From an uncultured Candidatus Saccharibacteria bacterium (GTDB lineage Bacteria > Patescibacteriota > Saccharimonadia > Saccharimonadales > Saccharimonadaceae): a stretch of 64,000 nucleotides of DNA. The translations under genes and the position numbers were made by a program. The notes under the pieces were generated by a model. The model saw only the letters and a list, made by a program, of their open reading frames with translations. It ran no database searches and was not told the origin of the DNA. The stretch covers positions 57,890 through 121,889 of the forward strand of contig CAUPTB010000001.1 in NCBI GenBank assembly GCA_963514625.1, read 5' to 3'. Shown here in pieces: positions 44,367 to 54,743 of this stretch; positions within the stretch are counted from its first letter, which is position 1; every line of letters starts with the position of its first letter.

Positions 44367-45782
44367 CTAGAGACTCTTAACGATACTACGGAGCTGGTTG
44401 CTATCCATCATGTCGCTACCGTCGATGGTATAGCGCATATCGCCAGCCAACCAAGTGGCTTTATTGCCATAGAGCAGGACTGTTTTGCCGTTGACGTCCA
44501 TCTCTTGGTAGCTGCCGCCGTTCTGACGAGAGACATTGAGACGCAAGGCGTAGTCGGTGGTTGACTTATCGCTTTCCTGAGTCACTGAATAGCCACCATT
44601 GCCGCTGGCGCTCTTGTAGCTGATGGTTACTTTGCCGGGCTGAGCGGCGATATTGTTATCCAGGCTATAGCCACTCAGAGCGTAGGGGTTCTTAGCGTTG
44701 ATGCCGGCTCGACTGGCTGCCAGCTTGACGGATATGGTCGGCAAGGAGATGTAGACACCCAGCCCGACGATGATTGCCATCGCTCCGGCCGTCGCCATGA
44801 TGGTGGAGAAGCGGAAACGATGCTTCTTTGGCTGACCGAGGCGCCGCTTGGCTGCGGTCCGATCTTGTTGGTCCAGCTCGTTACTAGCCTGGAGAATCTT
44901 GGTTAACTGGTCGATTCGATCATCCATCAGGTCGTCATAGTCGGTTGGAGCTAACTTGCTGAGATTGAGTGCCGATTGGTCGTCGGTAGCATCTTCAACC
45001 TGAGTATCTTTGGGGGTGGTAGTGCTCGGAGTCGGCTGATTACTATGGCTGCTCTTCTTAGCGAGTGCCTTTAGGCTGGTCGCTTGGCTCTTAGTCAAGA
45101 CGGGGGCGAAGTCGCTCTCGGTGGTAGCGATCACTTCGTCAATGGTCTCGTCGGGGATATCGTTGACTGACCTGGCTGACTCAATGATGGCGCTAGCTTT
45201 GACCTGCTTGATGTGTCGTACGGCGATCGACTCGGCGTACTCGCCTGTCTCCCGTAGAGGCTTCCTGACGAAACGACGGTTCAGAGTGCGGGAGGCCTGG
45301 ATAATTCGTCGGGCGGACTTGAGCCGAAGTGGCGAATGTACCACGGTGGGGCTGACGGCGGCAACTACCTGCTCCGCCTTCTCCACCTGCTCTGCCCTGC
45401 TGTCGGTATCTTCGTCGTCAGTCGGCGTGAATAGCTCTACATAATCAGCCAAGCGGTCGCTTGCCTGCTTGGTGCTGTCTGGTTCAGGGGATTTGGCGGG
45501 GCTTGACTGAGCCTTAACCTGGCGAACGGCGATGGTCTCACCGGCGTCACTTTCTGCTTGACTATCTTCACTACCGCCGTCAATGTAACTGCCAACCCAG
45601 ACTGGCGGAGTGTCATCTACCTTAGGCTTAGCTCGACTTGCCCGATCTGCTCTATTAGTCCGATTTATTTGATCTAGCCGGTTAGTCTCGGATGAAGCTA
45701 GCTCTAGCTCGTCTCGCCGATCAGATAGCATCAGCCCCGTAACCGAGTCGTAGCGCTTGCCATTAATAATTACTATCCCCAT
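44367..45782 (-). CDS. Membrane-anchored hypothetical protein
   Basis: The start is set at MGIVIINGKRYDS (ATG 45782, RBS upstream). It has a long disordered region, one TM (IMATAGAMAIIVGLGVYISL) and a small C-terminal ectodomain. Confidence 0.6.
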   Translation of the reverse strand: MGIVIINGKRYDSVTGLMLSDRRDELELASSETNRLDQINRTNRADRASRAKPKVDDTPPVWVGSYIDGGSEDSQAESDAGETIAVRQVKAQSSPAKSPEPDSTKQASDRLADYVELFTPTDDEDTDSRAEQVEKAEQVVAAVSPTVVHSPLRLKSARRIIQASRTLNRRFVRKPLRETGEYAESIAVRHIKQVKASAIIESARSVNDIPDETIDEVIATTESDFAPVLTKSQATSLKALAKKSSHSNQPTPSTTTPKDTQVEDATDDQSALNLSKLAPTDYDDLMDDRIDQLTKILQASNELDQQDRTAAKRRLGQPKKHRFRFSTIMATAGAMAIIVGLGVYISLPTISVKLAASRAGINAKNPYALSGYSLDNNIAAQPGKVTISYKSASGNGGYSVTQESDKSTTDYALRLNVSRQNGGSYQEMDVNGKTVLLYGNKATWLAGDMRYTIDGSDMMDSNQLRSIVKSL

Positions 45783-45879
45783 ATCCCTCTCTTTCCTAAC
45801 ATGTATCTTACCGATTATGGCTATAAAGTTCAAGTGCCTTGTTGACGGGAGTGGGCATAAAGGGTAACTAGTCAGCTAG

Positions 45880-46573
45880 TTATAATACTTTTAGCTTAAA
45901 TCCGGCGTATGTACCATCCTGCTTATATGCTTCCTCGCCAAGAAACGCCGGGATGGCTTGCAGGGTATCGTTATAGACAAAGTTCTTAAGATCGGTAATA
46001 TTTTTCTCTTCCTCGGGCATAATCTTCCCTGCCATTTTGTAGAAAGTTTGTTTGACTTCTGCTGCTTTATCATCCAAGAACCTTGTTATATCGGCACATA
46101 TTTGTCCATATAGGTCGTCGTTCAGATGCGAATTTGGTGCTTCATAAGCCACAAAATTTGGTGCCACTGTAGTGACGTCGTTGAGTGGCTCGACTACCAG
46201 GATGTTCTCTGTGGTGCTGGCGCCGATGAAACTTTGTGCCACTTTATTATCCTTGTCTGCCGTTATCAATATATCCGGCTGCTCGGCGGTAGTTGTGTGA
46301 AAATCCAGTACTAGCTCCGGCTGCAACAAACAGTCGAATGCGCTCCTCAATCATCTTTGCTCGATGTCCTTCGTAGGTATCCAGACCAAGTCCGTAGCTC
46401 CTATTCAAGTCTGATTCGGTATACCGTACATCTTTTATGTAGGCGCGTGGGTTAGCCATAACAAACTCCATGTCCTCCAATAGCTTAGACCGCTTGGTGA
46501 GCATATACGCCAGTAAGTTTGGGCCTAGTAGCTCATTACCGTGAGTGGAGATGATCGCAAGTATCTTTGTCAT
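45880..46573 (-). pseudogene. Succinylglutamate desuccinylase/aspartoacylase-family gene split by a frameshift
   Basis: The N-terminal ORF carries STHGNE and ANPRAY....RY.ESDLNRSY. The family continuation (ELVLDFHTTT) is in another frame. The ORFs overlap at 46247-46350. Confidence 0.6.
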
Positions 46574-46575
46574 AA

Positions 46576-46934
46576 CTAATCAACCTTTGCAGCTAGAACC
46601 AAAGCGCTACCCGGGTCAGAGAGCTTGGAGAACTTCTCTTTCAGGGCGATGTCATCACCTCTTAAGCAACGACTGGCAGGATCATTAGCTCCGTAGAGTC
46701 CATTTTGTCCGTACCGACCGATGTGGTAAGCAACCCCATCTATGAGTTCTGAGCCCTCCATGTCTCCCGCTATCGACTCCAGTTCTTCGCTACTATTGAT
46801 AGGAAACGTTCCGTTTTTGTATCTTGATACATTTTGGCTTCAGTCTGCTCAAACCCCAACGAAGCTAGACGATTTACTTTACCCATTTGAAGCTCGGTCA
46901 AGCTACTTGGTTTGATAGTTAATATTTTCTCCAT
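46576..46934 (-). pseudogene. Hypothetical gene apparently split by a frameshift
   Basis: A 54-codon ORF (46770-46934) and a 61-codon ORF (46576-46761) lie in different frames. The downstream frame stays open upstream to about 46830, near an A-run. Confidence 0.3.
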
Positions 46935-47036
46935 AAGATAACTCTCTTTTCTCTTTACCTAAGCTTATCTTACACCACCTGGCTTTGCCGTGCAATTCCT
47001 GTGCCTTGACCGGCTATCGAGGTACAATGAATGAAT

Positions 47037-47630
47037 CTAAGTCTTTTTACTCGACAGATAATCTCTTAGTAGAACAAAAGCGTCTACATCTTCAATTGCC
47101 GTTAGATACTCTTGCCATTCACTGTCGTTTAGCTCAGCTAGGCTACGTCCCTGGAAACTGGGGTGACCATAGATATACAGCAACTCCGTCCAACCGTGCA
47201 GATTATTGCCACGGGGCTTGTCGGTGATAAAGCCTTCCTCATCAGCAACAAAAATATGGTCTTTTGTACCGTCAAAATAACCGACCGCAAAAGAGAAGAT
47301 GGCACGGCGGTCGGTCTCATCCTGCATTAGTTTGATGACCCCTGGGTAGCTAAAACTATTAAGTAGTAACTTAACAAATGGTCCCGGAAAGCCTTTTAGC
47401 GCCGGGATGAAGAAGCCGCGGTCGTCAACGATTAAATACTTATCAGGGAAAGCTTTCTTGGCCTGAGCCAGCTTGTCTTCGGCGATTGACCGAATGTCCA
47501 GGCTGCGACCCTCGTCAAAGTCGTAGTCAAGTCGCCGAAGGTCAATGTCGAGCGGCTGAAGGAGCTTTTTTAGACTAGCGAACTTACGCCGGTTAGAGGT
47601 AACGAAGTAAATCGTTTTACTTTTTGTCAT
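47037..47630 (-). CDS. Ham1/RdgB-like non-canonical NTP pyrophosphatase
   Basis: IYFVTSNRRKF...DD.GFFIPALKGFPGP layout typical of ITPase-family proteins. Confidence 0.6.
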   Translation of the reverse strand: MTKSKTIYFVTSNRRKFASLKKLLQPLDIDLRRLDYDFDEGRSLDIRSIAEDKLAQAKKAFPDKYLIVDDRGFFIPALKGFPGPFVKLLLNSFSYPGVIKLMQDETDRRAIFSFAVGYFDGTKDHIFVADEEGFITDKPRGNNLHGWTELLYIYGHPSFQGRSLAELNDSEWQEYLTAIEDVDAFVLLRDYLSSKKT

Positions 47631-47797
47631 GGCTTATATTATACAATTTAATTTAATCATTCCGTGTACTAACTCACTACATTCTGGACTGCAGAGTTCC
47701 GCTGGGTGTATTGTAGTAGAAAGCCGGCAGGTGTCATGAAACCCGTGTCTGGCACATCTTATCAAGTCACTTGACCAGCTATCAGGGCTAGCCTATA

Positions 47798-49261
47798 TTG
47801 ATAGCAGTGTCAAAGCAACCTTATTCTAATACACCCAGCACCATGCAGCGCAAGCAGGTGGCGATTCGCTTCTTCACTTACGGTGTGATGGCTATAGCCA
47901 CCGTGGTCGGAGTGATCGTCTGCATCGGCTGGGCGATGGGCTATCGTTTTGACTTGATGTCAGGTCAGCTATCGCAAGTAGCGCTACTGCAATTCAACAC
48001 CTTTCCGACGGGTGCTGTAGTTGACATAAATGGTGCTAGTCTGTCTACCAGGACACCAACTCGCTCAAATATCAAGACCGGGCAAACTAAAGTCTCGATG
48101 TCACTGACCGGCTATCGAGGCTGGTCTAAAACGGTCTCAGCGCTACCTAGCAGCGTGCGCTGGCTGGACTACGCTCGACTGGTGCCGCAGAATGTCAAGA
48201 CTGAATCGGTCAAGACCTTTACCAACGTCGTTGACATGTTACCAACGCCTGATCGCAAATGGGCGGCAGTATTGACAAGCGAGTCGACGGGCGATATTAC
48301 CCTGGTCGACCTGGCTGATCCGAAGCAGATCAGGTTTAGTGCTATCGAGCTTAGTAATCTGCACTTAGCGACTGACGGCGAGAGTAAGTTCAAAATCATC
48401 GAGTGGGACAAAGACTCTCGTTATCTGCTGGTCAAGCATCAGCTGGGCGACCAGGCAGAGTATCTGGAGTACGACCGCCAAGATAAGATAACTCGCAATC
48501 TGTCGAGCGATTTTGGCTTGGAGCTGACCGAGCTACATTTCTCTAACGCCGGGGGCGATGTGATCTACACCCTGACTGGGGCGGATCTACGTAAGATCAA
48601 CTATGCCGATAAATCCATCTCGGCGCCACTGGCTACCGGCGTGACTAGTTATGTTCTGCTAGGTGACAGTGGGCGGATCGTCTACCTAAGCAAGAAGATG
48701 GGTGGTAGTAAGACTAGCCAAGTCATTTCGATTTATGACGATGGCAAGATTACCAAGCTCAAGACTTATGATGACGCTAAGACCACTCTGATTGGCTTCT
48801 TCCGTAATAATGATATTGATTACCTGGCGGTTGGTCGGGGTGAGATGGTCTCAGTCTACCCCGACCCGCTCAAACGTCAGCGCCAGTCACACGATTTTAA
48901 TAAATCGGTAGCTTATCTGAGTAGCCCCGGTGGGATTGATTGGATGAAAATAAATCCGACGGGACGGTTCGTCCTGGCTGGTAAAGGTAATAAGGTCGTC
49001 TGCTACGATGTCGAGACTACCGAGAACTACTCATTTGAGCTGGCTCGTCGAGGCGAGCCGGTCTGGCTGGATGGTTATCACCTGCTGGATGTTAAAAATG
49101 GCGTACTTAATATGGTCGAGTTTGACGGGCAGAACGCCCAACACTTGGTTAGTGGACGCTTGCCTGCTTTCCTGTCGGCTAATGAGAAGTATCTACTGAG
49201 CCTCGATAGCATCTCGGGCGGAGCGGTCTTGCAACGTTCGCAGATGGTTATTGACCAATAG
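47798..49261 (+). CDS. Membrane-anchored PEGA-domain protein with a beta-rich ectodomain
   Basis: TM (FFTYGVMAIATVVGVIVCIGWAMG) and the PEGA-like segment FPTGAVVDINGASLSTRTPT...GQTKVSMSLTGYRGW. The start is uncertain (TTG 47798 or ATG 47843). Confidence 0.6.
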   Translation: MIAVSKQPYSNTPSTMQRKQVAIRFFTYGVMAIATVVGVIVCIGWAMGYRFDLMSGQLSQVALLQFNTFPTGAVVDINGASLSTRTPTRSNIKTGQTKVSMSLTGYRGWSKTVSALPSSVRWLDYARLVPQNVKTESVKTFTNVVDMLPTPDRKWAAVLTSESTGDITLVDLADPKQIRFSAIELSNLHLATDGESKFKIIEWDKDSRYLLVKHQLGDQAEYLEYDRQDKITRNLSSDFGLELTELHFSNAGGDVIYTLTGADLRKINYADKSISAPLATGVTSYVLLGDSGRIVYLSKKMGGSKTSQVISIYDDGKITKLKTYDDAKTTLIGFFRNNDIDYLAVGRGEMVSVYPDPLKRQRQSHDFNKSVAYLSSPGGIDWMKINPTGRFVLAGKGNKVVCYDVETTENYSFELARRGEPVWLDGYHLLDVKNGVLNMVEFDGQNAQHLVSGRLPAFLSANEKYLLSLDSISGGAVLQRSQMVIDQ

Positions 49262-49299
49262 CTGAACCTGAGGAATAGCTCAAGGTGAAGTGGCGGTGC

Positions 49300-50565
49300 T
49301 TACTTACCAAAGATGCTCTCCAGTAGGGTCTTGGGCTTGCCGACGATCTGCTTAGCCGGCTTATTGCTGGTAGTCTCTTGGCTCTCGCCGGTGCGATTTG
49401 GGTCGGGTGAGACCTGCTCACCGATTACCAGTAGGCGTTTAGCGATTGAGCCGGGTGGATCGCAAGTTATCAGGGTGGCATAGGCTTTAGACGAGCCAAG
49501 ATTAACCTGGTCAATCTGATTCGGGTAGATCGATTTGATATCGACCACCTTGTAGGCGTAGCGAGTCTTGCCGTAGTCAAGGTAGAATAAGTCGCCTTGT
49601 GTCAGTCTATTCAGCTGGACGAAGATAAACTTGTAGTCACCCGGAGCGAAGACATCAGCACTACTATGACCCAGGATGACAGTATTTCCCTTCTGCCCCG
49701 GCGTGGCGGTCGCACCGGCCAGCGGGTAATGGACCGGGCCATTGCGTAGGGCGACTTGAACGTTATTCTCGCTGAGGTCAGTCAAGCCATAAACAACCGG
49801 GGCGTTGACGTTAATCTTAGGGATGATCACGTGGGGGCTGGTGCTAATTGGCTGGTTGCTGCCGCTGCCAACGATGATCGTCTGGGTCGATGAATCGCCG
49901 GGACTGATAAAACTGACTACACCGGCCATCACCACGCTGTTGTATTGTAAGAAGAAAAAGACTAGCGCCACTACTACTGCGCTGATCGCCGGCCAGAACC
50001 ACCAGTGTCGCTTTGCCTGTTCGGCAGTCTCTTTAACTTTCTCCAGTACTTCCGACTTGAGTTCGTGCTGAACTTCACTCTGGTCAAGCACCCCGTCTTT
50101 TTGGCGACTATCGGCTACGGCGGCTTGCTGCTTGGCGAAGCGAGCTTGTTGCTCCTGTAGGGCGGCTATGTAGTAATTCTCGTAGTACTTCTGATAATAG
50201 TTCTGCCACGCCTGATGATAACGCTGGCGAGCTAGATCTTGGGCTTGCTTCTCTTGTTGTTTTGCTTGAGCTCGCTGACGCTCAGCGGATAAGATCTGAC
50301 CGGCGGCTAGCTGGGCGTCGTGATAGATGTGATTCTGAAGCCGGGTAGTATTGGTCATTGGCTCGGCGTCGGCAGAATAAGTCACCGTCTGATTATCCTT
50401 CATTCGCTTGGTCGGCTTGATCGGAGCGGGCTGAACGGGATGTGAAGTCGGCTGGTGAGTCCGGTCATATGGATAGTTAACCACCGGCGTTGCTTCGGGT
50501 GGCTGGATGACCTTCTGGCTTGACGATCTAGGAATCAGGTATTCTTCACTATCTTGCTCGTTCAT
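49300..50565 (-). CDS. Sortase-family transpeptidase with a long Q-rich N-terminal region
   Basis: TM followed by the catalytic-domain motifs VILGHSS and ATLITCDPPGS (TLxTC). Confidence 0.75.
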   Translation of the reverse strand: MNEQDSEEYLIPRSSSQKVIQPPEATPVVNYPYDRTHQPTSHPVQPAPIKPTKRMKDNQTVTYSADAEPMTNTTRLQNHIYHDAQLAAGQILSAERQRAQAKQQEKQAQDLARQRYHQAWQNYYQKYYENYYIAALQEQQARFAKQQAAVADSRQKDGVLDQSEVQHELKSEVLEKVKETAEQAKRHWWFWPAISAVVVALVFFFLQYNSVVMAGVVSFISPGDSSTQTIIVGSGSNQPISTSPHVIIPKINVNAPVVYGLTDLSENNVQVALRNGPVHYPLAGATATPGQKGNTVILGHSSADVFAPGDYKFIFVQLNRLTQGDLFYLDYGKTRYAYKVVDIKSIYPNQIDQVNLGSSKAYATLITCDPPGSIAKRLLVIGEQVSPDPNRTGESQETTSNKPAKQIVGKPKTLLESIFGK

Positions 50566-50912
50566 CTGATACTATTCTATACCAAAACGAGCCCGACCGC
50601 TAATATCAGGAGTACTCAAATTAACTACTTTTACTCTGTTGTGTTCTATTGGGCTCTATTATTCGCAAGATCGGTGCTTTAGCGCTGTTAATAGCTTTAC
50701 TGCATAGTGCAAGTGAAGTAGAGTGTAGTAAATGAAAGAGATGTCATGTGTGGGTCTATGGTCTAATATGATATTGTCAGACATATCTCGTAGCTATAGG
50801 GCGACCTATCAAACTATGTTGGACAAATCAAAGCTAAATAGTATTAACACCTTTGCTAAGATTATTGAATGTTCTTCTGGTGACAATATTGTGGCTATCG
50901 AGAAAGAGAAAT

Positions 50913-51674
50913 ATGCCAGAGGCTAGCACTTTTAATGATCCTAGCTACATCATATCGACTGACGATGTGGCAAAGAGGATTTTATCGGGTATTACCCCCA
51001 ATGATCAAGCTGGAGCCACTCTGCTTGACATAGCTAAGGATGTTGCCGATCATTACTCTTTTGTTGATCACCAGACATATCCTCGTCCCGGTCATACACT
51101 AACTAGAAAAAGATTACCGCCGGAGTTTACCTTTGTCTCAATTATTGTTTCTTTACGCTGCACATTGAGTACAGAGCAGGTCGTAACCGACAGACTAATC
51201 ACCGAGACGAATGGCAACGTGGATGCGCTAAAGCAACTGGACATTGATACAATAAGAGAAATCATTAGGCCATCCGGTATGTCCAAGCAGAAAAGTATCT
51301 GGATTACAAATGGCCTAGATCAGTTTAATAATAATCTTGATTATCATATAGATAGACTCTACCGTTCGTGTCTGGAAGATGCCAGGAATAGGTTGCTCAA
51401 GTTAAGTGGTATGGGTGCTAAAGCGACTGATTGTTTCTTGCTGCTGGGGCTTAATCGTCCATCATTTCCGGTGGATGTGAACGTTTTTAAGCTGATATCT
51501 CGCTTATTTCCCGAACAGATCACCAGTGACACAGGGGTTGTCCCCGATTTCTCTAAAAAACTTCATGCTAATGCGGCGAAGTGCCTACTAGAACGCAGTT
51601 TTACCCGGGACACTAAGGCTTATCAGGTATTACATACCTATTTATTGCTCGCCAATAAATACGGCGTTGCTTAG
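50913..51674 (+). CDS. HhH-GPD superfamily DNA glycosylase (endonuclease III-like, no Fe-S Cys cluster seen)
   Basis: Helix-hairpin-helix LLKLSGMGAKATDCFLLLGL followed by PVDVNVFKLISRLF. AT-rich gene. The start is set at MPEASTF. Confidence 0.6.
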   Translation: MPEASTFNDPSYIISTDDVAKRILSGITPNDQAGATLLDIAKDVADHYSFVDHQTYPRPGHTLTRKRLPPEFTFVSIIVSLRCTLSTEQVVTDRLITETNGNVDALKQLDIDTIREIIRPSGMSKQKSIWITNGLDQFNNNLDYHIDRLYRSCLEDARNRLLKLSGMGAKATDCFLLLGLNRPSFPVDVNVFKLISRLFPEQITSDTGVVPDFSKKLHANAAKCLLERSFTRDTKAYQVLHTYLLLANKYGVA

Positions 51675-51703
51675 TGCTATGGTGTGCTAGAATAGAAGCG
51701 TTA

Positions 51704-51790
51704 GGGCGAGTGGCGGAATTGGTAGACGCTGCAGACTTAAAATCTGCTGATAGCAATATCGTGAGGGTTCAAGTCCCTCCCCGCCCACCA
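51704..51790 (+). tRNA. tRNA-Leu (anticodon TAA), CCA encoded
   Basis: Acceptor GGGCGAG/CCCGCCC (one A-C mismatch), anticodon loop CTTAAAA, long variable arm, T-arm GAGGG-TTCAAGT-CCCTC, and 3' ACCA. Confidence 0.9.
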
Positions 51791-52102
51791 GATATTATCC
51801 GGATACATTTAGTTTATCATGCTGCCTTTGATGGCAAAGAATATGGAGACCAGTCTTTGTTTGAGTTTTTGTCGATCATGACACTATATGTCAGATCTAT
51901 GGCACTACCAAACTTACCACTACGTACTAAGCTATCGCCAAAAGAACAGTGTGAGAAGCTTAATCCAGCCAAGCTTTATAATATGATATGAAGTACTACA
52001 AGCAAAAGTAAGTAAATTGCAGTAACAGTTAGGCTACCACTATGACATTAACCTTAGGCCGGATCGGTAACCTTTTATCGTGAGATAATGCGGACTTGCA
52101 AC

Positions 52103-52864
52103 TTACTTTAGAAAAACAAATATATGCTCATGCATTATTAGTAGAAAGTTACTCTCTTTAGACTTCTTCACCCAAAAACCTGTTGCCTTGCAGTTAAATT
52201 GTCGTTTGATAACATCTTCCTTGAGCTGAAAACCTGCTTTAATAAACCTATCCATAACTTTATATGCTATTGGCTGGTACATTTTGTTACGTCGGGTGTC
52301 GCCGATGAGAATCGCACAATATTTACCTTTTCGCAAAACACGATATAGCTCTCTTGCAACCTTTTCCATCTCGTCTACAAATTTGTCGATGTCGTGAATA
52401 TTCGATAAATCATTATTAAGTTTGCCCTCACTATATTTGATAATATCGGCGTATGGTGGGTGGGTTAGTATAAAATCTACACTCTCGTCACCTACGCCGC
52501 TCAAATTACGAGCGTCACACTTTACAACTCTTTGCCAAGAGTTATTTTCTACCTCGAAAGCAAGTGAAGTTCTCGTTCGCTCCAATGCCTTGTCGTTCAC
52601 GTCAGAACAGATGATATGACGATTCAGAATCTTTGCCTCAATTGCAGTTGTACCACCACCAATCATCGGATCGAGCAAAGTATCGCTCTCGCTTGAATAT
52701 CGCAAAATTAGATTGCGCACGACTTCCGGTGCCCAGTTACCGCGCCAGTCAGATTTATGTGTTGCCCAGTTGCCACGTCTCGGAAAAGCCCAAACGGTCG
52801 TACATTCCAATTCAAACTCGTCCGGGTGCAACTTTTTTATTTTTGTCTTATTCGTTGCTACCAT
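52103..52864 (-). CDS. N6-adenine/N4-cytosine DNA methyltransferase (second methylase of the R-M operon)
   Basis: SAM motif LDPMIGGGTT and catalytic ILTHPPY. The start ATG overlaps the endonuclease stop (TCATGGTAG). Confidence 0.8.
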   Translation of the reverse strand: MVATNKTKIKKLHPDEFELECTTVWAFPRRGNWATHKSDWRGNWAPEVVRNLILRYSSESDTLLDPMIGGGTTAIEAKILNRHIICSDVNDKALERTRTSLAFEVENNSWQRVVKCDARNLSGVGDESVDFILTHPPYADIIKYSEGKLNNDLSNIHDIDKFVDEMEKVARELYRVLRKGKYCAILIGDTRRNKMYQPIAYKVMDRFIKAGFQLKEDVIKRQFNCKATGFWVKKSKESNFLLIMHEHIFVFLK

Positions 52865-53715
52865 GATAGTTCGTTCAATGCTCCGTCCTCAAGCATGGAT
52901 AGATTAAAGACATAGTCGTTATGATTGTACGTTTCTTCAAGAGGTCGTTTTGCGGTGTGCCAGCCGAGTCCATCGGTAATCCATATGAATTCGATGTTTT
53001 GTCTTTTCAATTCGTCGTAAAGACTGCGGAACTCACCACAAACAGCTTTTAGCTTTGAGCCGCCACCGTTGTAGAAGTTAGTTTCGAATAACTTAATCTT
53101 ATTGCTTTGTGGATTATAGACGGCGAAATCAAAACTTCGTTCTGATTTATCTACCACGATATCAAAGTTCCATTTTAGCTTAATTTTACTTGGGCTGGCT
53201 TGTGGCATGTATCTAAGGTTGTTCTGCTTGCAAAAGTCTTCTAGAAACAAACCGACAATTTCCTCCATCAGAGTACCACCACGATTTTTACGACCATTGC
53301 TATCGAGTCCGACTTCAACGCCAATAACATAGTCAACAAGATTCTTTATGCCGTCTCGCTGAAATAGTTTGATAAGACCGGATTTATCCAAGAACTCAAA
53401 GTACTTATTGACATCTCCTCCTTCGCCTGAAAAATTATAGAATTCTAATTCTTTTGATGTTTTGTTGTAGATTTCCAGATTGTTCTCTCGTACGGCAAGA
53501 AGCACGGGTAACGCTTTTGCAATGTCTGGGTTTGACTCATAAAGCCCATAGAACTCTCCTTGTAAATCATCTTTGCCGAGCAGATAATTCAACTTGTTTA
53601 GAGCTATTTCGAAGCTAGCACTATTAGTAAAAACTTTGTTCCAATTTACGAAATAATCCCAAGTTTTGATCGAGCTCCTGAATGTTGATACTAAACGGTC
53701 AAAATCCTTTTTCAT
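52858..53715 (-). CDS. Type II restriction endonuclease, DpnII/MboI family (GATC)
   Basis: NLVDYVIGVEVGLDSNGRKNRGG, FYNGGGSKLKA and FIWITDGLGW closely resemble the DpnII endonuclease as I recall it. At 285 aa it is the size typical of that family. Confidence 0.8.
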   Translation of the reverse strand: MKKDFDRLVSTFRSSIKTWDYFVNWNKVFTNSASFEIALNKLNYLLGKDDLQGEFYGLYESNPDIAKALPVLLAVRENNLEIYNKTSKELEFYNFSGEGGDVNKYFEFLDKSGLIKLFQRDGIKNLVDYVIGVEVGLDSNGRKNRGGTLMEEIVGLFLEDFCKQNNLRYMPQASPSKIKLKWNFDIVVDKSERSFDFAVYNPQSNKIKLFETNFYNGGGSKLKAVCGEFRSLYDELKRQNIEFIWITDGLGWHTAKRPLEETYNHNDYVFNLSMLEDGALNELSW

Positions 53716-53718
53716 AAT

Positions 53719-54699
53719 CTAGTAATTTGTTATTAGTACTTCCGTTATTTTGCCTCGTCCTGTGCCTTTTGAGTTTATGGCACGACCAGCGGTTATTTTA
53801 TTGATTGTAATCCCATCAAGCCCTGAGTATAACTTGTTAATAAACGGTGTGTCTGAATTAGAGAGCATAACAAAGCATCCCTTTTCGTGCAGTTTTACGA
53901 ATGTATCGCGAAGTTCTGCTTGTTCTTTTTCTAAAAATCCCTCTGCAGTGTAGGAGGTAAATGACGACGTAGCGCTGATTGGGTAATAAGGAGGATCAAA
54001 ATATATGAAGTCACCACTCCGGGCAGTTTTTAGAACATTTTTGTAATCCTGATGTGTAACAATCGTATCCCGTAAAGCATCTGACACTCGCCGTAAATTG
54101 TCTTCGTCACAGATAATGGGGTTGCTATATCGACCAAAAGGTACATTGAATCGACCGCTTTTGTTTACTCGATAGAGACCGTTAAAACCTGTGCGGTTTA
54201 GAAATATGAATCGAGAGGCAACCTCGATCTCTGACAAATCTTCAACCTTTTCAGCACGAACCTTCAAGTAGTATTCCTTATTATAAATATGTTTTTGCAA
54301 CGACTCTATAAGTTCATCAACGCTACTTTTAATTACATTGTAGGTAATCACGAGTTCACTATTTAAATCTGAAAGCTTGGCATTTTTCGGCAATAGATCG
54401 AAAAAAACAGCACCACCGCCAACAAAAGGTTCGTGATAAGTGCTTGTCATTGGGTTGAACGCCTCTGGTGGATACAGACCAAGCTCACGGAATTGCTTAA
54501 GGAGCTGACGCTTACCGCCGACCCATTTTACGAATGGCTTAGGCTTAGTATCGATGAGTCTCTGTATATCCTCAAGAGTGCTGTCTTCATCGACGGACTG
54601 GCAAAGCTGTCGTGCATAGATAAGATTAACGTCAAAAGCGTTAGCAATTCTTGTAGCAGTAAGACCACCCGTTAACATAGACCCCTCCAACCCTTGCAT
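53719..54699 (-). CDS. Dam-family DNA adenine methyltransferase
   Basis: KPFVKWVGGKRQL, EPFVGGGAVFF and FIYFDPPY. A roughly 55-aa N-terminal extension is present. Confidence 0.85.
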   Translation of the reverse strand: MQGLEGSMLTGGLTATRIANAFDVNLIYARQLCQSVDEDSTLEDIQRLIDTKPKPFVKWVGGKRQLLKQFRELGLYPPEAFNPMTSTYHEPFVGGGAVFFDLLPKNAKLSDLNSELVITYNVIKSSVDELIESLQKHIYNKEYYLKVRAEKVEDLSEIEVASRFIFLNRTGFNGLYRVNKSGRFNVPFGRYSNPIICDEDNLRRVSDALRDTIVTHQDYKNVLKTARSGDFIYFDPPYYPISATSSFTSYTAEGFLEKEQAELRDTFVKLHEKGCFVMLSNSDTPFINKLYSGLDGITINKITAGRAINSKGTGRGKITEVLITNY

Positions 54700-54743
54700 T
54701 CTAGGGAGATTATAGCACGTTTTTACTATTTAACTCAGACAAC

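Noticed and set aside
51674-51991. 105-aa plus-strand ORF
   Set aside because: It overlaps the well-formed tRNA-Leu gene (51704-51790), so it is a spurious read-through ORF.
18466-52093. The two GGTAACCTT...TGAGATAATGCGG copies as att-like direct repeats bounding a 33.6 kb integrated element ending near tRNA-Leu
   Set aside because: The interval contains core genes (topA, der, dprA, rnhA) and no integrase. The motif looks like an extended -10 promoter, so a regulatory explanation is more parsimonious.
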